Assembly (NCBI GenBank): GCA_947586835.1
Contig: CANPXT010000001.1
Coordinates: 136,395 to 200,394, forward strand
From: an uncultured Alphaproteobacteria bacterium
GTDB lineage: Bacteria; Pseudomonadota; Alphaproteobacteria; CAAHEQ01; UBA3637
Reading direction: 5' to 3'
Length of the DNA: 64,000 nt
The translations under genes and the position numbers were made by a program. The notes under the pieces are model-generated. The model was not told the DNA's origin. It searched no databases and saw only the letters and a program-made list of their open reading frames with translations. This document shows, piece after piece, positions 19,332-26,751 of the stretch. Within the stretch, counting starts at the first letter, position 1. The number at the start of each line of letters is the position of its first letter.

Positions 19332-19362
19332 AAAAAAGCACTGCGAAAGCGGTGCTTTTTTC
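19332..19362 (+). terminator. Strong rho-independent terminator after the mini-ORF
   Basis: AGCACTGC-gaaa-GCGGTGCT forms 8 bp with a GAAA tetraloop, followed by TTTTTT and preceded by AAAAAA. Confidence 0.7.
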
Positions 19363-19481
19363 ATTGCCGTTTTTTTTATTGACATTTTTCTTTAAATATG
19401 TAATGTGGTGTTATACATGGAAAAGTATATGAAAAAATTACCACATCTTTTAAAGATGAGAAAAATGCTCATCAGCAAGAT

Positions 19482-19519
19482 ATACATACATACATACATA
19501 CATACATACATACATACAT
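19482..19519. repeat. Tetranucleotide microsatellite (ATAC)9 plus AT
   Basis: Nine perfect ATAC units were counted from 19482 to 19517, plus AT. The tract lies inside the 5' coding region of the first AlgJ-like paralog. The second paralog has only two units at the homologous site. Confidence 0.95.
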
Positions 19520-19526
19520 TCTTTTC

Positions 19527-20633
19527 TTGTTCATTTTTTTTCCTTTATGTGTTTTATTAACCATTGGTCTTACGCTTGATACGACACAAACAAAAAGCGT
19601 TCGTGAACAGCGCAATTTAGAAATATTTTCACCTTATTTTTGGACGCAAAGTGAACAACTTGAAAAATATATCTCCGATCATTTACCGTCCCGCTCAAAA
19701 TTAATTGATTTTTATTTCGAATCGGGTTTAGGGTACGATTTAGGTACTAAAGACCGCATTATCGGTAAAGAAAATTTTGTTTTCTATACTGCCTCATATC
19801 ATAGAAACATAAAACCGTTATCCATTTATCAAAATTCTTATTTACTTACGTCCGAACAAACTAATCTCCTTCAAAAAAACGTTCAAAAAATTGCTGGTTT
19901 TGCCAAAGAACATAACATTAAAGTCTATTTTATGATTCCGCCGGAAACCTCACGCGTTTATCACAAATGGATGCCTGATTATATTTTAAGAGAAAACAAT
20001 CCTTCCGTTTTGAAACAGGTTGAAACGGCACTTCAAGACATTGTGACCGTCGTTCCGATTGAAAAACACCTTATTTCTCAAGCACGCAGTCAATTTCCTC
20101 TCATTTATAAAACCGACACGCACTGGTCGGAAGACGGGGCATTTGAAGCCTACAAACTTTTAATGAAAGCCATACAAAAAGACTTCAAAGACATTCGCGC
20201 CGTTACACCCGATGATTATCATATTGAACGGACACAAAAAGTGTGGTCACCTTATCAATATGTGCAAAAACCGTATTTCTATGACGGAAACACTTATTTA
20301 AACGGACTTGATTACGGCAAAACGCAATATCAACATTATATTTATAAAGATAAAGCCGCCTTAAAAATTAACCGTGATGTACAGTTTCGTTTTTCGGATT
20401 ATGAAAAAGGTGCTCCGTATCGGGCTTATATCATCGGTGACAGCTTTTCTTACTATATGCTTCCGTTTTTAATGCCCACATTTTCCCATATCAGAATGCA
20501 CCGATTTAATGAAAACGGTGACACGGGCATTCGTTGGCAAGAGCGTGAAAAAGAATTGGCAGATGACAAAATTGATATTTTAATTTTAAGCATTTCCTCT
20601 CAAAAACTGGAAGAGTTAATGAGGTATTTTTAA
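19527..20633 (+). CDS. AlgJ/AlgX-like SGNH-type O-acetyltransferase, paralog 1 (body of gene; paralog-like ATG starts at 19417/19429 are out of frame across the ATAC tract)
   Basis: KTDTHWSEDGA (D-x-H) and IIGDSFSYY (catalytic Ser block), plus the N-terminal TM FIFFPLCVLLTIGLTL. It is about 85-90 percent identical to paralog 2. There is no SD before the TTG at 19527. Confidence 0.7.
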   Translation: MFIFFPLCVLLTIGLTLDTTQTKSVREQRNLEIFSPYFWTQSEQLEKYISDHLPSRSKLIDFYFESGLGYDLGTKDRIIGKENFVFYTASYHRNIKPLSIYQNSYLLTSEQTNLLQKNVQKIAGFAKEHNIKVYFMIPPETSRVYHKWMPDYILRENNPSVLKQVETALQDIVTVVPIEKHLISQARSQFPLIYKTDTHWSEDGAFEAYKLLMKAIQKDFKDIRAVTPDDYHIERTQKVWSPYQYVQKPYFYDGNTYLNGLDYGKTQYQHYIYKDKAALKINRDVQFRFSDYEKGAPYRAYIIGDSFSYYMLPFLMPTFSHIRMHRFNENGDTGIRWQEREKELADDKIDILILSISSQKLEELMRYF

Positions 20634-20648
20634 CGGGTTATTTTTTTA

Positions 20649-20676
20649 TTGACATTTTTTATTGAACAGATATAGT
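20649..20676 (+). promoter_or_regulatory. Promoter of AlgJ-like paralog 2 (duplicated with the gene)
   Basis: TTGACA, a 16-nt spacer and TATAGT. The same TTTTTTATTGACATTTTT block precedes paralog 1 at 19371-19389. Confidence 0.4.
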
Positions 20677-20699
20677 GAATGGTATGCATAGGAAACCAA

Positions 20700-21881
20700 A
20701 TGAAAAATTTATCCTCTTTATTAAAGCCGACAAAAATGCCCGTCAACAAAGGTATACATACGTTCCTTCTTTGCTTATTTATTCTTTTTCCTTTATGTGT
20801 TTTATTAACCATTGGTCTTACGCTTGATACGACACAAACAAAAAGCCTGCGCGAACGGCGCAATTTAGAAACTTTTCCCTTTCATTTTTGGGCACAGAGC
20901 AAAAAGCTTGAAAAATATATCTCCGATCATTTGCCGAAACGACCCGAACTGATTGATTTTTATTTTGAATCAGGTTTGGGACACGATTTAGGTACCCAAG
21001 ATCGCATTATCGGCAAAGAAAATTTTATTTTCTATACAACCTTATATTATAGAAACATAAGTCCGTTATTAATTTACCAAAATTCTTATTTATTCACGCC
21101 AAAACAAATCAGATTGCTTAAAAAAAATGTTCAAAAAATTGCCGATTTTGCCAAAGAGCATAATATTAAAGTTTATTTAATGATTTCACCCACAACCTCA
21201 CGCATTTATCACAAATGGATGCCTGATTATATTTTAAGAGAAAACAATCCTTCCGTTACAGAACAAGTTGAAACGGCAGTGCAAGATATAATAACCGTCG
21301 TTCCGATTGAAAAACATCTTATTTCCCAAGCACGCAGTCAATTTCCGTTAATTTACAAAACCGACACGCACTGGTCGGAAGACGGGGCGTTTGAAGCCTA
21401 TAAGCTGTTAATGAACGCCATACAAAAAGATTTTAAAGACATTCGCGCCGTCACACCCGATGATTATAATATCAAGCTGATAAAAAAAGTATGGGAATCT
21501 TATCAATATGCGCAAAAACCGTATTTTGATAACGGAAACACTTATTTAAAAGGGCTTGATTACGGCAAAACACAATACCGACATTATATTCATAAAGATA
21601 AAGCCAATTTAAAAATTAACCGTGATATACAGTTTCGGTTTTCGGATTATGAAAAAGGCGCTCCGTATCGGGCTTATATCATCGGGGATAGTTTTACTTA
21701 TTATATGCTTCCGTTTTTAATGCCCACATTTTCCCATATCAGAATGCACCGATTTAATGAAAACGGTGACACGGGCATTCGTTGGCAAGAGCGTGAAAAA
21801 GAATTGGCAGATGACAAAATTAATATTTTAATTTTAAGCATTTCCGATCAAAAACTGGAAGAATTAATGGGGTATTTTTAA
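20700..21881 (+). CDS. AlgJ/AlgX-like SGNH-type O-acetyltransferase, paralog 2 (intact)
   Basis: MKNLSSLLKPTKMPVNKGIHTFLLCLFILFPLCVLLTIGLTL TM anchor, with the same DTHW and GDSF motifs. The start at 20700 is chosen by analogy with MKKLPHLLK of paralog 1. Confidence 0.75.
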   Translation: MKNLSSLLKPTKMPVNKGIHTFLLCLFILFPLCVLLTIGLTLDTTQTKSLRERRNLETFPFHFWAQSKKLEKYISDHLPKRPELIDFYFESGLGHDLGTQDRIIGKENFIFYTTLYYRNISPLLIYQNSYLFTPKQIRLLKKNVQKIADFAKEHNIKVYLMISPTTSRIYHKWMPDYILRENNPSVTEQVETAVQDIITVVPIEKHLISQARSQFPLIYKTDTHWSEDGAFEAYKLLMNAIQKDFKDIRAVTPDDYNIKLIKKVWESYQYAQKPYFDNGNTYLKGLDYGKTQYRHYIHKDKANLKINRDIQFRFSDYEKGAPYRAYIIGDSFTYYMLPFLMPTFSHIRMHRFNENGDTGIRWQEREKELADDKINILILSISDQKLEELMGYF

Positions 21882-23291
21882 ATGATTTTTTCTTCATTCA
21901 CATTTCTTTGTTATTTTTTGCCGATTGTTGTGGGTATTTATTATATATTACCCAATCGCCTTCGCAATGTATTTCTGCTTTTGGCGTCGCTTATTTTTTA
22001 CGGTTGGGGACAACCTGCGCATTTGCTGGTGTTACTGTGTTTAATTGTCATCGGCTTTTATGCCGCCAAAGACATAACGCGTTACCCTCAAAAAGCCAAA
22101 ATGATATGTACGGCAAGCTGTTTTTACATTTTAGGTAATTTTTTCTTTTTTAAATACGGTGATTTTGTTCTGACTTCCTTCAACGATTTAACGAAAAAAA
22201 ATTTACCGTTGTTTTATATTACCCTGCCGCTCGGCATTTCGTTTTATGTATTTCAACTGCTCTCTTATGTGATTGATGTTTATCGTAAAAAAGCCAATGC
22301 GCAAAAAAGTTTTTCCGCGCTGGCGCTGTATGTCAGCAGTTTTCCGCAACTGATTGCGGGTCCGATTGTGCGTTACGATACCGTTGCCAAACAGTTAACA
22401 CATCGGCGGCACTCCATAGCAAAAGTTTATCAGGGGTTTCGACGCTTTTTAATCGGTCTTGCCAAAAAAGTGATTATTGCCGATATGTTGGGACATAGCG
22501 TTGATATGATTTTTGAAAGTTCCGTTTCTTCTTTAACACCTGCCATTGCGTGGCTCGGTGCATTTTTATATGCTTTACAAATTTATTTCGATTTTTCGGG
22601 CTATTCGGATATGGCCATCGGATTGGGGCGCATGTTCGGTTTTCGCTTTTTGGAAAACTTTAATTATCCCTATCTTTCCAAATCGATTTCCGAATTTTGG
22701 CGTCGGTGGCATATTTCGTTGTCAAGTTGGTTTAAATCATATGTATATATTCCCTTGGGCGGCAACCGACACGGCTTGTTACGAACCGTTTTCAATTTGG
22801 CAGTCGTGTTTTGCTTAACCGGATTTTGGCACGGTGCCGCGTGGACCATGGTTGTGTGGGGATTATGGCAAGGCTTTTTCGTGATTTTTGAAAAACTGTT
22901 AAAAGCAGCGGCGCATTCCCTGCATATCACACACATATCCGCCGTTTTTTATGCCGTTATCGGTCGGTGTTACGCTTTAATCGCATTACTGCTCGGCTGG
23001 GTTGTTTTTCGGGCAGAAACACTCTCGCAAGCTTATGATTACATTCGGTTAATGTTCGGACTTCTTCCCTATAAACAAGCGTTCGGCATTTCTTATTACA
23101 TACAAGGGTTATTGTGGCTCATTATTGTCTTTGCCGTCATTGCTTCAACGGGCGTGTTTAAATCTGTTTTACGGTATCGGGGATTTTGGACGCATTTTTT
23201 CATCAATCTCTGGCTGATTTTCCTGTTGTTCATTGTAATTGTTCTGTTAACGGGCAGCGGATACAGTGCCTTTATTTATTTTCGGTTTTAA
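21882..23291 (+). CDS. MBOAT family O-acyltransferase (AlgI/PatA/DltB-like)
   Basis: A polytopic 469-aa protein with the MBOAT signature FWRRWHISLSSWF...YIPLGGNR. Its ATG directly abuts the stop of paralog 2. Confidence 0.88.
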   Translation: MIFSSFTFLCYFLPIVVGIYYILPNRLRNVFLLLASLIFYGWGQPAHLLVLLCLIVIGFYAAKDITRYPQKAKMICTASCFYILGNFFFFKYGDFVLTSFNDLTKKNLPLFYITLPLGISFYVFQLLSYVIDVYRKKANAQKSFSALALYVSSFPQLIAGPIVRYDTVAKQLTHRRHSIAKVYQGFRRFLIGLAKKVIIADMLGHSVDMIFESSVSSLTPAIAWLGAFLYALQIYFDFSGYSDMAIGLGRMFGFRFLENFNYPYLSKSISEFWRRWHISLSSWFKSYVYIPLGGNRHGLLRTVFNLAVVFCLTGFWHGAAWTMVVWGLWQGFFVIFEKLLKAAAHSLHITHISAVFYAVIGRCYALIALLLGWVVFRAETLSQAYDYIRLMFGLLPYKQAFGISYYIQGLLWLIIVFAVIASTGVFKSVLRYRGFWTHFFINLWLIFLLFIVIVLLTGSGYSAFIYFRF

Positions 23292-24074
23292 TTACCAAAA
23301 CAAATAAAACAACACAATCCCCAACACAATGCGATAAACGGCAAACACGGCAAAAGACGCCGTTTTTAACCAGCGCATTAAAAACCATACGGCAACCAAC
23401 CCGAAAACCGCTGCTGCCAAAATACCCGTTCCGATTTGCGATAAACTTTCAACCGATAACGATTGATTGAGATAAGCTTCTAATAACATATATGCCGCAC
23501 CGCAAAAAATAACGGGAATTGACATTAACATGGAAAATTTGGCACTATCGGTGCGAGAATAGCCTAAAAAACGGGCACATGTCATGGTAATACCCGATCG
23601 ACTGGTACCCGGAATTAAAGCCAACGCCTGCGCCAATCCGATATAAAGAGCATTGCGATAGGTCATTTGCCCGATTGTTTTTGTTTTGGGTGCTTTTTTA
23701 TCGACAATCCACAGTAAAATACCGTAAAAAACTGCCGTAAAAGCAATTACCAACGGCGAACGCAAGGTTGTTTCAACAATTTCTTTCAAAAAAAAGCCGA
23801 CAATTAACGCCGGAATCGTGGCAATAATTAATTCAAACCCCAGTTTCTGCTCGGCACCTTTATGCCAAAAACCGATAAGCAATCGGACAATATCTTTGGC
23901 GAAAAAAGCCATAACGGCAATTAACGTTCCCAAGTGCAAAGAAATATCCATTAACAAAGTTTGATGTGAAAAATTAAATTTTTCCATTAAAATTAAATGC
24001 CCTGACGAACTCACGGGCAAAAATTCGGTGGCACTTTGCACAAACGCCAATAAAAGGGTCGAATCAAATGACAT
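23292..24074 (-). CDS. uppP: Undecaprenyl-diphosphate phosphatase (BacA/UppP)
   Basis: EFLPVSSSGHL and PGTSRSG motifs in an 8-TM protein. Confidence 0.93.
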   Translation of the reverse strand: MSFDSTLLLAFVQSATEFLPVSSSGHLILMEKFNFSHQTLLMDISLHLGTLIAVMAFFAKDIVRLLIGFWHKGAEQKLGFELIIATIPALIVGFFLKEIVETTLRSPLVIAFTAVFYGILLWIVDKKAPKTKTIGQMTYRNALYIGLAQALALIPGTSRSGITMTCARFLGYSRTDSAKFSMLMSIPVIFCGAAYMLLEAYLNQSLSVESLSQIGTGILAAAVFGLVAVWFLMRWLKTASFAVFAVYRIVLGIVLFYLFW

Positions 24075-24154
24075 TTTATTTTCTCTCTTTTGAATTTAAC
24101 AATATGCACAAAACAAAAGGCTTGTCAATCGAAAAAAGAAATTTTATAAAAGCC

Positions 24155-24193
24155 GAAAAACAAAAACGGCCTTTGAGTTGCCCCAAAGACCGT
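24155..24193 (-). terminator. Terminator downstream of pgk
   Basis: ACGGCCTTTG / CAAAGACCGT stem (9 of 10 bp). On the minus strand it is followed by TTTTTGTTTTT. Confidence 0.55.
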
Positions 24194-24213
24194 TCTTTTA
24201 AAGCGTAAATGCT

Positions 24214-25401
24214 TTACTTTTCCAAAATGGCAACGCCCGGCAATGATTTACCTTCCATCCACTCCAAGAAAGCACCACCGGCAGCGGATACATAAGTCAA
24301 TGCTTCGTTTATACCTGCTTTTTTCAAAGCGGAAACCGTATCACCGCCACCCGCAACGGAAGTGAGCTTGCCCTCTTTCGTTAAAGTGGCAACCGCGGCG
24401 GCAATTTCATTCGTACCTTTATCAAACGGCTTAATTTCAAACGCACCGACAGGCCCGTTCCAAATTAACGTTTTACATTGAGAAATAACGCGAATGAACG
24501 CTTCAACCGATTTCGGTCCGATATCCAACAAAACCTTGCCCGCAGGAACGGCAGCAGCATCGGAAACATGCGGCGTTTGTCCTTCGCCGAATTGATCCGC
24601 CCACGTTAAATCACTCGGCAGAACAATTTTGCAATTTCCGGCATTTTCCAAAATGGATTTTGCCGTATCAATCATGGACGGCTCAACCAGCGATCCTTCT
24701 CCCATGGCAATACCTTGCGCTGCCAAAAAGGTATGCGCCATACCGCCGCCAATGCATAAATAATCAACTTTTTTAACTAAATTTCCCAACAAATCAAGCT
24801 TGGTGGAAACTTTGGATCCGCCGACCAATGCGACCGCCGGTCGAACCGGATTACCCAACGCTTTATCCAACGCTTCCAATTCTTCCTGCATTAACCGACC
24901 GGCACCGCGCGGCAACAAATGTGCCATTCCTTCGGTGGAAGCATGCGCCCGATGCGCCGTTGAAAAGGCATCGTTAATATAAATATCAATACCGCTTGCC
25001 AAGTGTTCGGCAAATTCTTTGTCGTTAGCTTCTTCGCCTTTATGGAAACGCAAGTTTTCCAGCAAAATGACATCGCCTTTTTGCATGCCGCGCACCAGCA
25101 TATCGCGTTTATCGCCGATACAATCTTCCGAAAACAAAATTTTTAATCCCGACGCTTTGGATAACGCATCGGCAATAAATGTCATGGAATATTCCGAATT
25201 TTTTTCACCTTTCGGACGACCGAAGTGAGAGGCTACAACAACTTTTGCGCCCTTTTTAACCAATTCTTTCAGTGTGGGCACAAAGCGATCAATGCGTGTC
25301 ATATCCGTAATTTTGCCCTCTTTGGCAGGCACATTTAAATCAGCGCGCACAAAAACCGTTTTATTGTTAAAATCAAAATCATCCAATGTTTTATAAGTCA
25401 T
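24214..25401 (-). CDS. pgk: Phosphoglycerate kinase
   Basis: VFVRADLNVP, ASHFGRPKG and GGGDT blocks. The start is taken at MTYKTLDD (25401). Confidence 0.95.
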   Translation of the reverse strand: MTYKTLDDFDFNNKTVFVRADLNVPAKEGKITDMTRIDRFVPTLKELVKKGAKVVVASHFGRPKGEKNSEYSMTFIADALSKASGLKILFSEDCIGDKRDMLVRGMQKGDVILLENLRFHKGEEANDKEFAEHLASGIDIYINDAFSTAHRAHASTEGMAHLLPRGAGRLMQEELEALDKALGNPVRPAVALVGGSKVSTKLDLLGNLVKKVDYLCIGGGMAHTFLAAQGIAMGEGSLVEPSMIDTAKSILENAGNCKIVLPSDLTWADQFGEGQTPHVSDAAAVPAGKVLLDIGPKSVEAFIRVISQCKTLIWNGPVGAFEIKPFDKGTNEIAAAVATLTKEGKLTSVAGGGDTVSALKKAGINEALTYVSAAGGAFLEWMEGKSLPGVAILEK

Positions 25402-25481
25402 TTTTTTGTTCCTTTTCAAATAAAAAGAGGGAATCAATGCCTTTCAGACAACGAATCCCTCCATTTTGCCAAAAAACCGAA

Positions 25482-26492
25482 TTACTTAATCAACGCGCCC
25501 ATATAAGCGGCTGTGTCAAGCATTCTGTTGGAGAAACCCCACTCGTTATCATACCAGCTCATTACGCGTAATTGCGTGCCGCCGATAACTTTTGTACCGT
25601 TCGCATCAAACGTAGAGGAATGTGCATTATGCGTAAAATCAATGGAAACGAGCGGTAAATCATTGTAACCCAAAATGCCGTTCAATTCGCCTTCGGCATA
25701 TTTTTTCATGGTGGCATTCACTTCTTCCACCGTTACCGTGCGCTTCATAATAAGGTTGGCATCAACCAACGAAACATCGGGTGTGGGAACACGAATGGAA
25801 ACACCGTCCAGTTTGCCTGCTAATTGCGGCAAGACCAATCCGACGGCTTTCGCAGCGCCGGTGGAAGTAGGAATCATACTCATGGCAGCTGCCCGAGAAC
25901 GATACAAATCTTTATGCACCTGATCCAAAATCTTTTGATCATTCGTATAGGAGTGAATGGTTGTCATAAAGCCTTGTTCGATACCGAATTCTTTATCCAA
26001 TACATAAGCTACCGGCGATAAGCAGTTTGTAGTGCATGAAGCATTGGAAACAACAATATCATCAGCCGTTAATGTTTTTTGGTTCACACCGAACACGATT
26101 GTTTTATCGGCTCCTTGTGACGGCGCGGAAACCAAAACCCGTTTGGCACCGGCTTGAATATGAACCATGGCTTTTTCTTTGGCGGTAAAGATCCCTGTGC
26201 ATTCCATCACGATATCAATATCCATTTCTTTCCACGGTAATTGAGTCGGATCCCGTTGGGCAATTACTTTTGTTTTATAATCTCCGGCAATAATGTAATC
26301 GCCTTCCGCCCGAACATCAAAGCTGGTAGCCCGATGAACGGAATCATATTTTAACAGATAAGCATTGGCTTTGGCATCACCCAAATCATTGATGGCGACG
26401 ATATCAATATCTTTTCGTCCCGATTCCAAAAATGCCCGATAAACCAACCGACCGATACGACCGAAGCCGTTAATTGCAACACGAATTGTCAT
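25482..26492 (-). CDS. gap: Glyceraldehyde-3-phosphate dehydrogenase (type I)
   Basis: INGFGRIGR and [10 protein letters not shown] active-site blocks. The start is at MTIRVAING (26492), preceded by AAGGAG. Confidence 0.95.
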   Translation of the reverse strand: MTIRVAINGFGRIGRLVYRAFLESGRKDIDIVAINDLGDAKANAYLLKYDSVHRATSFDVRAEGDYIIAGDYKTKVIAQRDPTQLPWKEMDIDIVMECTGIFTAKEKAMVHIQAGAKRVLVSAPSQGADKTIVFGVNQKTLTADDIVVSNASCTTNCLSPVAYVLDKEFGIEQGFMTTIHSYTNDQKILDQVHKDLYRSRAAAMSMIPTSTGAAKAVGLVLPQLAGKLDGVSIRVPTPDVSLVDANLIMKRTVTVEEVNATMKKYAEGELNGILGYNDLPLVSIDFTHNAHSSTFDANGTKVIGGTQLRVMSWYDNEWGFSNRMLDTAAYMGALIK

Positions 26493-26686
26493 TTTTTTCT
26501 CCTTCATTTTAAATTACATACGAAATTTTTTCCGTATTTCAAAAATCAGTTGCTATTTAGGCATATATTTTATAAAAAAGCAAGTACCTTTTTTAAGTTT
26601 TTATAAAAAAACAAAAGAAAACCTTTTCAAAAGTCTTACAAAAACTTTTTTATACTTTAAAAACGCAAAAAAAACAAAAAATAAAC

Positions 26687-26715
26687 TTGCAAAGAATGAA
26701 AAACACTTGTACAAT
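26687..26715 (+). promoter_or_regulatory. Promoter of the acidic repeat protein gene
   Basis: TTGCAA, a 17-nt spacer and TACAAT, 36 nt upstream of ATG 26752. Confidence 0.4.
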
Positions 26716-26751
26716 AAAATAATGTGATAAGTTTATCAAAGGATTATTTGC

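Noticed and set aside
20630-20863. 77-aa minus-strand ORF across the junction of the two AlgJ-like paralogs
   Set aside because: It is antisense to the promoter and 5' end of paralog 2, has no SD and has an odd Arg/Cys-rich composition. It is judged spurious.
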